63,133 nt of DNA, filler included, from Chiloscyllium plagiosum (GCF_004010195.1; 4 parts of one record of this genome joined end to end with filler, not necessarily neighbours in it), one strand, 5' to 3'. Counted from the first letter of the whole stretch, positions 11,289-23,329 are shown. Translations and numbers: made by a program. The notes: a model not told the origin generated them from the letters alone.

Positions 11289-11590
11289 GTCAGTAACCAC
11301 TGACATTTGGATGAATTTCGAGTCAGTACAAATCGGTGAGCACTGACATTTTAAAAGCTTTTGGGACAATTCACATCAGTAACCATCCACACTTAGAAAA
11401 ATTTGTGGTCAGTACAAACCAGTAACCAGTGATTCATGGAAAAAAATTCTGGTCGAAACACTGACTCTTGGAAAAACTTTGGGGCAGTGCAAATCAGTAA
11501 CCACTGACAGTTTGAAAACTTTCAAGTCAGTATAAATCAGGAACCAGTGACAGTAAGACAAATTTCAGGTCAGTGCAAATCAGTAACCAC
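11289..11590. repeat. Degenerate tandem repeat, ~43-bp unit, about 7 copies
   Basis: TCAGTAACC-like motif recurs near 11290, 11333, 11376, 11420, 11494, 11537 and 11580. Confidence 0.85.
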
Positions 11591-11910
11591 GGCCGCTGAA
11601 CGTCAGGCGGTGAGAGAGAGACTCACGGAAACCCGGGGTTGCGCGCTCGGGAATCGACACGCGCCCCGTCTGTAACTATCCCCCCCCTGTCCAGGTTGAC
11701 CCGCAGGGCTAGGGTTCGACTTACAGGGAGTGGGCTCCCCGACTGGGAGATTAATAAGCCAGTGCCAGCAACATCCCTTAGCACGCCTGCTAGCTTTACT
11801 TTAAAGTAGCTACCATGGGTGGGAGCGCGGCCGAAGACCCAGATTGGGGGCCAGAGAGTTCCCTCACCTGTTTTATAGCCGACAAGAATAAGAAACTTAT
11901 TAAGGCTATG
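11591..11910 (+). mobile_element. Putative ERV leader and gag N-terminus (MGGSAAEDPDWGPES...)
   Basis: Abrupt GC/CpG-rich block with a donor-like CG|GTGAGA at 11610 and GCTACCATGG at 11815. Gly2 is compatible with a myristoylated Gag. Confidence 0.5.
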
Positions 11911-12224
11911 CTTCATTTCAATCCTGATGAGTGCAAGCCAAAAAGCTTCAACCTCATGTCTCTTTTTAGACATGTTTTAAGTTCAGTACTACCAAACAAT
12001 TATTTTTACAAGATGGTTACATTTTGGGGCTGTCAGTAAATTAGGGTAACATAGAGGCAGATTTGAATTTCACAGACAGCAAACTGGATTGTTAAGATTA
12101 AAGGTGTCCCTTAGTTGTTTTTGTGGGAAGGTATTCACACTTGTAGACAATGGTAGATTGTGTTAAAAGTGAATAGACTGTTAGTCTCCAAGTCTCAGGT
12201 ATTGAGAATGCCAGACTATAATTC

Positions 12225-12469
12225 TTTTTTTGCTTTAAATTAGTTACTTGAGTCCAATAGTTGGAAACTACAGGTTAGCTAATGAACATTTCTATCTGGC
12301 TGGATACAAGAAGACATCCCAGAAGATCACAAGTTAATCTGCCAGAATTTTTTTTTGCTTTAAATTAGTTACTTGAGTCCAATAGTTGGAAACTAAAGGT
12401 TAGCTAATGACCATGTCTATCTGGCTGGATACAAGAAGACATCCCAGAAGTTCACAAGTTAATCTGCCA
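12225..12469. repeat. Near-identical tandem duplication with a ~125-bp period
   Basis: TTTGCTTTAAATTAGTTACTTGAGTCC...GTTAATCTGCCAG occurs twice. Confidence 0.9.
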
Positions 12470-12624
12470 GGATCGCAGAGGAAGCCAAATAGCAAAGTTA
12501 GCAAGAACAAATTTCTATGTTTACCTTGCGGGAATGCAGATGGAACCTCCTGCTCAAATTGGAAAGACAATTAGAATTTGAGCATGAATTCCACATTGAT
12601 TAGACCCAAATACTCCATACCATG

Positions 12625-12790
12625 AAGGTGATGATTTAATTGGATTGTTTAAGATAACTAAAAGAGTTGAAAGGGCAGACAGAGAGAAACGATTTCCTCT
12701 GGCAGGAGAATCAAGAGCAAGACTGTGTAAAATTAAAGCCAGACAGCAAAAGGATAATGTCAGGGAGCATTTCTTCACACAAAGAGTAGA
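12625..12790 (+). mobile_element. Old CR1 3' fragment
   Basis: FKITKRVERADREKRFPL...EHFFTQRV. Confidence 0.7.
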
Positions 12791-12853
12791 AGAAACCCTA
12801 ACCTTTCACTTTGTAAAAAGCCTTGGACCCTGCAGGTCAATTCAAAATGTTTA

Positions 12854-13477
12854 GACTCAGACCAGGGCACGCACTTCACCGGACGCGCAATGAAACTGGC
12901 CTGCCGCCTCCTAGGCATCAGACAGCGCTTCCACGTCCCGTTCCATCCCCAGAGCTCCGGGATGGTCGAGTGCATGAACCGGACCCTCAAAGCTGCAATC
13001 GCACAGGCGATCGCCGAAACAGGGCAGGGCTGGGTGGACGTTCTGCCCTGCATACTGATGCGCTTAAGGGCCACCCCAGGCCGCTCCACTGGCCTCACTC
13101 CCTTCGAGCTCATGACGGGGAGGGCCATGGGACTACCAGAGAACGTCATGGTCGGGGGGGAAGTCATGGCCCCCCTGAGGGACAGGGTGACGTGCTATAT
13201 CAGGCAGCTGGACACGCAGCTGCGTGCCCTTAGACAAACCGCGCGCGACCAGCAGGACATTAGGGACCAGGCAAAACTGCAACCGCATCTGCCCGCCCAA
13301 CCCCTTCCCGGCGTTGGGGACAAAGTCCTGGTCAGGGCCGCCCCGGACCGGCCCAGCTTCGCCCCCAGGTGGCTGGGACCGCACGAAATCATCCTCACCA
13401 GCGACACGTGCGCCTGTGTCGACATGAAGTGAAAGGGCAGGTGGAAACACTGGTCCCAGCTTAAACCCTACCTTTAA
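12854..13477 (+). pseudogene. pol: Class I (gamma/epsilon-like) ERV integrase core and C-terminus, with one in-frame stop at 13430
   Basis: DSDQGTHFTG...HPQSSGMVE has exactly 35 residues between D and E. It continues LRATP..TGLTPFELMTGR, PRWLGP, and after the TGA, KGRWKHWSQLKPYL*. Confidence 0.88.
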
Positions 13478-13642
13478 GCCCTGACCGGACAGACTCCACC
13501 CCCCCCCTTTTGACTTGACTCTAACCGCCCCTCTTTCTCCTTACAGTGCAACGGGTGGACCGGTTCCAGGGAGACCTGCTCCTACACACACTAACCCTAC
13601 ACCCTTGGTAAGGGTGCCTCTCTCCCTCTCTTCCCATAGATC

Positions 13643-13669
13643 ATGCTTCACCGGTGCACCGCTCTCCTC
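13643..13669 (+). other. Possible start of ERV env (MLHRCTALL...), cut off by the linker gap
   Basis: ATG lies 3 nt after a strong acceptor (CTCTCTTCCCATAG, 13639) downstream of pol. Confidence 0.4.
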
Positions 13670-13769
13670 NNNNNNNNNNNNNNNNNNNNNNNNNNNNNNN
13701 NNNNNNNNNNNNNTTAATTAATTAANNNNNNNNNNNNNNNNNNNNNNNNNNNNNNNNNNNNNNNNNNNN
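13670..13769. other. Artificial contig-joining linker (44N + TTAATTAATTAA + 44N)
   Basis: Identical 100-bp design occurs three times, and the 12-mer has stops in all six frames. Confidence 0.95.
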
Positions 13770-14596
13770 TTTCCTTTCTCTGGAAAACAGCTCTCTGGTT
13801 TGCCAGAGGACTTCACACCGTTATACCTTCAATGAACTCTTTGATGCGAGAACTGAACGTCTGGGTGTCAGGTGAATGCTTTGGTCAGCCGTAACCACCC
13901 ACCCCGCCCCCCAAACCCCAAGAGGTCAGCATATATGAGTAAATTGTTTTACTTAATTTATTGGAAGGAGGTGCAATTGTTTTTGCTATATGGCCCTGAT
14001 TCAATGACTGAACGTCCTCTGTATAAACCAAGAGGGGGGCCTGGAGTAGGCAAGTTAATGTTTTTTTCCGCACAAGCTGCAGTTTCCCCAACAATTCCTG
14101 TTTTCGTCTCACACCTTGAGTATCCGCATATCTTTGATTTATTTATTCTGTTTTCTAAATGGGAACACTCCTGCACCCTATATCCCATACAACATTTCGC
14201 AACCAGCAGAATACTTCTCTGCATCCACTCTGTCTTTCCCTTTCATAATGTCTAGATACCAATGAGCACCCCTCTGCCATAGAGCAGAACAATGAAGGGA
14301 TTAGACTTTACACAGTGTCCTTCCCGTCCGAGACCCTGAGCTGGAGCCCGGGCGAAGGGAATGAGGGAAACTGGAAGCTGCCCGAGTGGCTTATTTCTCT
14401 GAAGAATTGAAGCTGTAGCAAAATACAGCTGCACACAAAGTCACCGAAGATCACCTGATGACACGGACCCTCATTTGAAACTGTGATCGAACAAGCCCAC
14501 TCAAAATCTGGAGCTGCAAAAAACTTTTACGATGATATCGTTGTAACTGAAGCTAACACTGCACTCGGATTCTCAGTCTGAATCTTGAGATCCATA

Positions 14597-15460
14597 TGGC
14601 TGTGAACTGATCCATATTCGGTTACCAAGCAACCGGTTGTGAATCTATCCTCATTATGTTTCTCGGCAACAGAATGTGAATCAAGTCTTCTCTATTCCCA
14701 TAACAATGACCTGTAAACCCACCCACGCTTTGCTGTCCGAGCAACGATCGTTGAGCCCACAGCCGTTCAGTACGCTGTGTGAAGGTTTTTTGAAACTGTT
14801 TGCACTCTTATCCTAGCCAACGCTTGTGAATCCAAACCGTTCTGTTCTCCTCTCACCCTTCTTTAAACCTATTGTTACAATGCGCTTCTAGCTATGGCCT
14901 GTGAATATATTTCTACTCTGTGCCGTAACTATAGTCTGTGAAATCTACACTGCTGGAATCCCAGAGGAATAGCATGTACACCAATCACCCATCATGGCGT
15001 CATCCTCTGCACTTCCCACGCTGTGATACTCGCATCAGCTGGCGATACCATTCACATTCTGTTCCTCCTAGCAACAGCCTGTGGAAGCAACTCCACTCTA
15101 CCCTCCTCTCAAAGGCCCGTAAAATTATCCCCACTATGTTCTGCAAACAAAGGCCGGTGTACACATCCCTACTCTGTGGTGCTTGCATCGGCCTGTGAAA
15201 CGAGTTCCACTCTGTTCTTCTCGCAACGGCCTGTGAACACATCCTCACACAACGCTTCGAGTAATTGCCTGTGAACCCATCACCATTCTGTGCTCCACGC
15301 AACGGCCTGTGATCCCATCTCTACTCCATTCTCCTAGAAAAGTAGTACGAACAAATCACAGCGCGGTGCGCCTCGCAATGGCCTTTGAAACCGTCCTCAG
15401 TTTGTGCTTCTGGCAACGACCTGTGATCGCATCCACACTCTGATCCCCTAGCAACGACTG
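14597..15460. repeat. Degenerate minisatellite, ~38-bp unit (GCAACGGCCTGTGAA.CCA.C.C..CTCTG.GCT..)
   Basis: GCAACGGCCTGTGA-like motif recurs at roughly 38-bp spacing. Confidence 0.75.
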
Positions 15461-15655
15461 CAAAACATCCCCACTGAAGGAAAGTCGACCATGAGCCGAA
15501 AGGTAGAGAAGGTGTTTGGAGGGGAGGGAGAATGTATGAGGGACAGAGAGTGAAGATAATAAAGCAGAGTAGGTAAACCCAGAGGTGAAAGAAAGGACAG
15601 AGTGGCCAATTCCAATTCCTGAGTATGGATGACCAGCATTTAACGCCTAAACTGT

Positions 15656-15687
15656 CTCTCTCTCTCTTTCTTTCTCTCTCTCTCTCA
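15656..15687. repeat. (CT)n microsatellite
   Basis: Directly visible. Confidence 0.9.
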
Positions 15688-16111
15688 ACAAAGACAAAGA
15701 ACAATATATTTCACTTTGCTCGTTGGCATTTTTAATGAACATTTTTATTATTTACAAATTTAAGTTAGTGATAAAGTCAGTGCACTGGTGCCTTTTCGCA
15801 CTGGCCCTTGATTTGANNNNNNNNNNNNNNNNNNNNNNNNNNNNNNNNNNNNNNNNNNNNNNNNNNNNNNNNNNNNNNNNNNNNNNNNNNNNNNNNNNNN
15901 NNNNNNNNNNNNNNNNNNNNNNNNNNNNNNNNNNNNNNNNNNNNNNNNNNNNNNNNNNNNNNNNNNNNNNNNNNNNNNNNNNNNNNNNNNNNNNNNNNNN
16001 NNNNNNNNNNNNNNNNNNNNNNNNNNNNNNNNNNNNNNNNNNNNNNNNNNNNNNNNNNNNNNNNNNNNNNNNNNNNNNNNNNNNNNNNNNNNNNNNNNNN
16101 NNNNNNNNNNN

Positions 16112-16593
16112 GAATGTAGTGAAGGAACAGAATTGTGACCCAGACACGAGAGAAACGAACATTGTACAATACATAACAAAACCAAGGTTCGTTCTCCAGC
16201 AAATACCAACCTGTGAGCATAAAATACCAGAAAATGTTCTTTAAGCAGCTGAGCACAGTCACTGCTACCAGAACCACAGCCGCCGTTATCTCACTGCAAT
16301 ACTTACTTTTCAGCTTTTGGCACGAAATGGCCACAATCGATCAAAGGTGAAAGTGACGGTGAACCAGACAGAACAGTCCGTGGCTGCAAAAATCAGGATA
16401 GCATGGATGTTACACACGGTCATGGATCCCAAGAAATAAATCTGCTCCTGGTAGACAATAGGAATGTGTCTCAATAACAGGTCAAGTATAATGATCAGTA
16501 GATCCGCCACTGCCATGGCTCCTAGGTAACGTCTGACACACGGAGACAATCTACAATCTTTGTAAAGCAGGACGTAGATCGTCGCTATGTTAA
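16112..16593 (-). pseudogene. GPR139/GPR142-like class A GPCR, exon 2 (TM1 end to TM5), frameshifted at the DRF motif and running into a gap
   Basis: Acceptor TTCCTCACAG| then (V)NIATIYVLL...YLGAMAVADLL...TDCSVWFTVTFTFDR. After a 1-bp loss at 16335-16336 it resumes VAISCQKLKSKYC...PWFC. Confidence 0.85.
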
Positions 16594-16879
16594 CTGTGAG
16601 GAAGGTAAACAAATCATACATCAGCCTGGAGGCGAACTTAAATGATTGATTAACGACGAAATGAGATTTTAAAATATGTCACAAATATTCAACGAAGCAT
16701 TGGAATAATTCGAGCTGAAATCACAAATATAAAGTCTTAATGATTTACAAAAATGTGACTTAAAATTCAAGAAACACTCCTCCCACAAAAACACTGATGT
16801 ACATCCATAAGAACAGTTCATTTCTAGAACATTCCCACACATTTGAATTCTCGACAATAGACAAGAGTTCAGAATTCAT

Positions 16880-17110
16880 TGTGAAGAGTTACGTTTAAAC
16901 CACTAGCTCAATGTCTTCAAAAAGTGCGACAACTTGGATGGATAACGGGATCCCGGAGATGTAATTCAACTGGACTTACAGAAGGCATTGATTAATGTGC
17001 TGTAAAATGATTAATCCTTAAGATAAAATAAAATTAGGTTTGAAGGAATTTATTAGTTTGGACTGTACGTTTTCTAGTTTGGAATCAGTAATTTGGTGAT
17101 TTTCAGGTGG
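16880..17110 (+). mobile_element. Highly decayed CR1 RT fragment
   Basis: GATGTAATTCAACTGGACTTACAGAAGGCATTGAT, a DVIYLDFQKAFD-like sequence. Confidence 0.55.
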
Positions 17111-17339
17111 CTCACGTGAATTTCAAAACAATTGTTCTGACAATGGACTTACTTAGACCGTGAAAAAGAAGGAAGCCAGTCGACAGCTACTTCAGTGGCA
17201 AAATAACCTCTGCATTTATTAAATATGAGAATGGGGAGGTAGAACAGAATGAACAAAAGTGAATGTAAGTAACGGTGAAATTGAAACAGGCAGCTTCACA
17301 AAGCACTGTAACTAAGTGCACTATTAAATCATAGTGCTG

Positions 17340-18470
17340 TTAAGACTCACAATTGTCTGAACCACAAAAAACATTTGTCCGGTTGCACAACCTTTGGCTT
17401 CGGTGGACTGTCACCACTGAACGTCCCTCTCCCTGTGAGCAAGATGGGAAATTTTGGGGTCTCGTGAGTATAAGTACACAAGTGGGGAGAAGTCATGATT
17501 TTGAAGTACAGCTGGCTGTTCCTGTTTGCGGTCGTCAGTGTCTCGATGAAGTCTTCTGTCTGGGTTGAGTCCACTGATGTTTTATGACCAGTAGTGGATT
17601 ACCAGGTGATTACATGGTTTCTCTTACTTTCTGGTGGTTTTGTGAGCCAGAGTGCACTTCAGAATGTGCCTGAGGCCTTGTGGGGTCTGTCAGATCGTTA
17701 GTTTTCAGAGTATTTTAGTTCTCAGGGCTACTGGTCATGGATGTTGCCATTGGTTCCTCGGGTATGGACAAGCCTGTATCATAGATTTTGAGGTTGATAT
17801 TAGGATCCCACTTCGGGATTTCTGTGCAGATAGCTCTTAGTAGAATCATTTTGGGAACTATCTTCTGGTGGTACCTGCAGGGATAACTCACTCGGGGGTA
17901 ACTTTTTTCGGACAAATCAGTCTCTCAGTTATGGCTCAGGCCTGCAATTAGTATCTGTTCTTATGTTCACTCCATTTCTTGCTTGCCATTGCATTCCTTT
18001 TGTTAACGTTTGAGGTGAATTGCATTCTTGATAGTTTTGAGTAAGTGCAAACATACGTTGAATAAGCAGAATGTCCAGTACGTCTATGCATGAATATTGA
18101 TTGAAGTTGAATACCTTGCTATATTTGTCGGCTCCATAATGTCTGGATTGGGGTATCTCCAAATGGTGGACGTTATTTTCGTCTAGAGTATTAGGTCTGA
18201 CTAATTGTTCTTTTAGAATGAAGGTGTAAATCGGATTTTCAGTCCGAACTCCAAGAAGTCTGAATTCCAAAAACAGCTGTCTCTGTATCTGTACATTTTC
18301 CCAAAGAATAGGTCAGCTGCGTTTCTACATGAAAAGTGTTTTTGAAAAGTCCAGCAGTATGGTTTTGTCTGGAGATTTTTATGTCTGTATCCAAATTGCA
18401 GCACGATGAATATGCTACACAAGAATAGGCGACGACGAGTTACCATACAGTAAGCAGACGTTTTGAATAC
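17340..18470 (-). mobile_element. Possible highly decayed Gypsy integrase region
   Basis: Only weak fragments (AADLF, HHLEIP, RNH-like). Family assignment is uncertain. Confidence 0.3.
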
Positions 18471-19739
18471 GTCATTTTCGATCAGTTTGCCAGTGCGCTA
18501 TCAGTGTAGCCAGACAGTGATTAGTGCTGTGTCCAAAATTGTTGACAATCTATATCAATGAGCAAGAGGAGTGGAAGAGATGTATGGTAACAAAGTTTGG
18601 CGAGGACGTTAACTAAGCAGGAAATTGAATCATCAAAGCAAAGGGAAGAGTCTGAAAATGGATATTATCAAGGAAACAATTGTTTGGCAGGGGCATTATG
18701 ACGTGACTAAATAAAGACCTGCGAATTGTTTTCTGGAAGAATAAAATATAATACATTAATGAAATGGAGAGATGTGACAAGACTTACTGATACAGTGTAT
18801 GCTCGAGGTGTCATTCTGAACTGTTCAGACAGAGCAAGTTTTGCTCTATCTCCATGATGGTTTGCTCCCTGATTTTCCAAGTGGCTCAATTGCTGTCGGC
18901 ATACATGAGATATTTTGATGNNNNNNNNNNNNNNNNNNNNNNNNNNNNNNNNNNNNNNNNNNNNNNNNNNNNNNNNNNNNNNNNNNNNNNNNNNNNNNNN
19001 NNNNNNNNNNNNNNNNNNNNNNNNNNNNNNNNNNNNNNNNNNNNNNNNNNNNNNNNNNNNNNNNNNNNNNNNNNNNNNNNNNNNNNNNNNNNNNNNNNNN
19101 NNNNNNNNNNNNNNNNNNNNNNNNNNNNNNNNNNNNNNNNNNNNNNNNNNNNNNNNNNNNNNNNNNNNNNNNNNNNNNNNNNNNNNNNNNNNNNNNNNNN
19201 NNNNNNNNNNNNNNNNNNNNNNNNNNNNNNNNNNNNNNNNNNNNNNNNNNNNNNNNNNNNNNNNNNNNNNNNNNNNNNNNNNNNNNNNNNNNNNNNNNNN
19301 NNNNNNNNNNNNNNNNNNNNNNNNNNNNNNNNNNNNNNNNNNNNNNNNNNNNNNNNNNNNNNNNNNNNNNNNNNNNNNNNNNNNNNNNNNNNNNNNNNNN
19401 NNNNNNNNNNNNNNNNNNNNNNNNNNNNNNNNNNNNNNNNNNNNNNNNNNNNNNNNNNNNNNNNNNNNNNNNNNNNNNNNNNNNNNNNNNNNNNNNNNNN
19501 NNNNNNNNNNNNNNNNNNNNNNNNNNNNNNNNNNNNNNNNNNNNNNNNNNNNNNNNNNNNNNNNNNNNNNNNNNNNNNNNNNNNNNNNNNNNNNNNNNNN
19601 NNNNNNNNNNNNNNNNNNNNNNNNNNNNNNNNNNNNNNNNNNNNNNNNNNNNNNNNNNNNNNNNNNNNNNNNNNNNNNNNNNNNNNNNNNNNNNNNNNNN
19701 NNNNNNNNNNNNNNNNNNNNNNNNNNNNNNNNNNNNNNA

Positions 19740-20730
19740 TCCTGGAGTTGAGTTACTAGTGGTGTACTGCAAGGATCTATTTTTTGGCCGCTAGTGTTAG
19801 TAATCTTTATAAATGAAGTAAAAGTGGCTGCAGAAGAATAAGTTAGTCAATTGCGTTTGACGCTGAGGTCGGTGGAGTTCTGGACTGTCGTCAAGAATGG
19901 TGCAGGTTACAGAGGGACATCGATAAGTTGCAGATCTGCCATGTAAGTTGCCGAATGAATTCAATTCAGAGAAGTGTCAGGCGATTCATTTTGGAATGAA
20001 TAAGAGTAAGGCAGAGTACTGGGCTATTGGTATGATTCTTGATAGTGGAGTTGACCAGAGAAATATTCTTGTCCACGTACATTGTTCCCTGAAATTCGCC
20101 AAAAATGTCAACAGTTTTATTAAGAACGCATCCGGTGTGTTAGCTTTTGTTGGCAGAGGGATTGAGCTTCGATACCACTGAACAAAACTCTGGTGCAACC
20201 CCATGTGGAGTTCTGCATACAGTTCTCGTAACCTTATTTATAGTAACGATGTGGAAGCTTTGGAAAGCGTTCAGAAGATATCCACTAGAATATTGCCTGG
20301 TATGGAGGAAACAACGTATGAAGAATGGCTGTGCGACTTGAGGCTGTTTTCGGTCGAGAGAATTAGGTTGCACGGTGATTAATTGATAAGTCCAAGAAAA
20401 TCAGATGTTTAGATAGAACGCATTGATGAGAATTTATTTCCTCAGACGGTGACAGCTAACGCGAGGGGATGTAGCTTTAAACTGAGGTGTGGTCGCAATA
20501 GGACAGATATCAGAGTTATTTTCTTTACTCAGAGAATAGTAGTGGCGTGGAACGCACTGCCTGTAACCGTCGTAGGCTCGTCAACTTCAAGCGCATTTAA
20601 ATGGTCATTGGATAGACATTTGTAGGAAAATGAACAGTGGAGGATAGAAAGTCATCAGACTGGTTCCACAGATCAACGCAAGATTGAGGGCGACGAGCTT
20701 GCACTGCGCGGTAATGCTGTAAGTTGCATA
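19740..20730 (+). mobile_element. Decayed CR1 3' kb
   Basis: EFNSEKCQAIHFG, VHVHCSLK and TTTCTTTACTCAGAGAATAG motifs. Confidence 0.8.
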
Positions 20731-21879
20731 AGTGTCTCGAACGGGAAAATGTATTGGGGTTTGAGGGAGCAGTAGTGTATTCGAAATTTATTGTTTAAGA
20801 GAGAACATGCTTGAAGAATCTGTTTAAATATGAACAACTGTCGGGTTTTGGGCAATCAACAGAGAGAGACTGGTGGAATTTCATGGACAGATGTGGTGAT
20901 ATGTTTGAGAATATTAAAATAAATAATTTGACATGGCCCATAGCAATATAGATCAGTGCACACAAGAATGATAGGGGGATGGAATTTTAGTGTGAGTTGT
21001 GAAACGAGTCATTAGGTACCAACGCAGATTCCTTAGCGGGTTTGAAGCTGGCAGCGTCAACAGTATATTATTGACATCATAAATAGTGTATTTAATAGCT
21101 CACAGTTAAAATAGCAGCTGTGATGAGCCACTGAAATATTTTCTGTTTGTGTTTGTAGTTCAAATTATGTATGCTCAGGTTCTGCAGTGATGTATCATTC
21201 ATGATCATTGCATCACTGGAGATATGACTCGTTTATTTCAGTCTCAGACATTGGGCTGGAATGGGACAGAGTAAGAGGAAGGAAATGGCATAGAAGACAG
21301 TGATCTCCATGTTTCCAATATTGAACCAGGCAATCCTAGTTCAGAGCTGAAACTGTATCGGTGAAAGGAGCAACCTGGAAGGCAGACTGCGAGAAGCAGA
21401 GAGGGAGAGAGTGAGTAAACAAGTACGCTGATGCAGTTAGTAATGGATATTGGAGTAAATACCTGGCCTCAGAGTCTCAGCAGGAGCAATAACTGCAACA
21501 AGGTATGTGATGTTGATTAAAGAACAATAATACAGTTTTAACTGGTTTATAGAAATAATTAAAAATTATTTATATGACATGAACGGCAGCCAGAATAGGA
21601 TAACGAAAATATTGAATAATCAAAAGTGCAAGTTCACTCCACAATTATAATGACTATCATAAATTGTAAAAAGAGCCTAAACATCCCCTGATAAACCTCT
21701 GTCCATTTTGATAACGTTGCTGTCTGTTGCAAACAGATTCTGACGCACTGCTGTAACTTTACAGTGACTTATTATCAGACCCTGATCTCTCCTCCCCCTC
21801 TGTCTGGAGCTGCTAGTCCCGGTTTACTGTGAGCATTTCAAATAGCAGGCAATTATACCATAATTTGTCGACGGGGGTA

Positions 21880-22440
21880 CACAGATGTCCTGTTGGATGC
21901 GCTATTACAGAGAAGTACAGTCTTCTTCCAAGAGGAAGACACGACACGAGTTTGATCAAAAATGGTCGGAGCTCACCACCGAGCTCAGTGCAACATCTGC
22001 ACTCTGAAGAAGTGTCCAGCAATACAGTTCAAACATCAATAACCTTCCCTGCTCTACCATGAGATGCGTCACTGGATTCTGCATGCTTCCTCACCCACAC
22101 TGTATATCCGTTACAGCACGTACCCCCCAAACAAGGCTCACGCTCCACCACTCTCATCACAGCATGAAACACCTTCCAACCCCATTACCGCTCGGCAAAC
22201 ACACACACAATACCCCGACTCTAATAGCATTCACCAATCAAACATTGACTCTCTCTGGGCACATCATCTTACCCCCAACTTCACCAGCATTAACAGCGAG
22301 CCATCCACTCCCTCCCTTTTTCTCATTCCAGGAGAAGTAGGGTATAATCGGACAGAAAGGGCCATTCCCAGTGATGTATAGGACAAGTTCAGTTCCCTCA
22401 TTCTCCTCACCTGATTATGGGCAGCAGATCCGGCCAAGAT
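21880..22440 (+). mobile_element. PIF/Harbinger Myb/SANT-like accessory gene relic (two exons)
   Basis: Manual translation gives VLLDALLQRSTVFF.../WSELTTELSATSAL*RSVQQYSSNINNL. Acceptor CTCATTCCAG| at 22331 is followed by EK...NRTERA. Confidence 0.5.
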
Positions 22441-22646
22441 ATTCTGAAACATTCATTTTCCACCAACTATGTAGGAGCAATGTTCAGAAAGAAGTAATTC
22501 TCAATTTAAACTCACTGTCATTCTGTTTCCACCAGGCATAACGTAAAAACTGTCAGAACAACACCATTACCCTTTTTTTGTCGAGTCAGATCAAATGGAA
22601 TCTCAATGGTGTCTCTTGGAAAGAGGATGGGCTCAGAGAGCGCTGT

Positions 22647-22833
22647 GCGAAAGTGAGTACTGCTGATGCTGGAGCTCAGAGTCAAGATTAGAGTGGTGCG
22701 GGAGAAAGCACGGCTGGTCAGGTAGCATCCGAGAAGCTGGCAAATCAAAGGCGTTGCCTGAAACATCGATTTTCCTGCTCCTCAGATGCTACCTGACCTG
22801 CTGCGCTTTTGCATTACTACTCTAATCTTGATT
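22647..22833 (-). mobile_element. Fold-back PLE family A insertion, older and in reverse orientation
   Basis: TCAAGATTAGAGTGGTG...GGTCAGGTAGCATC pairs with GATGCTACCTGACC...TACTCTAATCTTGA, with the tail at the left. Confidence 0.8.
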
Positions 22834-23329
22834 TATAGAACACTGTCTCTATTACCATGAAGGAAGAGAGCACGGAAGTTCCCTTCGACACCCTCTCCTG
22901 CAAACAGCTCAAATACAGAAAAATACTGAAGCACTGACACAATCCTCGTGTGAATAAGTGCATTACTAATACAATGCTCATATTTCGCATGGAGCCAGTC
23001 AAATAATGACATGCTGTGAACCGAACAACAGAAATACTGACTAACACAAGGTGGAGTATTTTTTGACAAACTCACTACAGAGCAAGAAAAGTGCTGATAA
23101 ACTCTCCATGTTTCTATGACTGTCAGGGTACTAATCAGTTTCTCTATGTCTGTATTAGTTGTTGTCAATTGGTTTGGTGTCAAGATGGTTGCAGTTTAGG
23201 ATGTTCCTGTTGGAGATCCAATGATCTGTCTGTGTTTTTTTCTCGGTTTTCTTCTATTTTACCTTTTTTTCTTTCCAATTTTACCTTCCTCTCTCCCCTT
23301 GTACCACAGGTGATCCAAAAAGGAGCAGC

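Noticed and set aside
11289..11590. CRISPR-like repeat/spacer appearance
   Set aside because: Vertebrate DNA with no cas genes, and the variable parts are homologous to one another, so this is a minisatellite.
13714..13725. TTAATTAATTAA as a piggyBac target or regulatory motif
   Set aside because: Centred in fixed-length N spacers, so it is synthetic.
13872..14434. ORFs after the linker as a continuation of ERV env
   Set aside because: They lie on a different segment, with no env, gag or other motif recognised.
18846..19772. Long ORFs spanning N runs (also near 15.7, 36, 40.5, 45, 57.4 and 62 kb)
   Set aside because: Artefacts of translating gaps.
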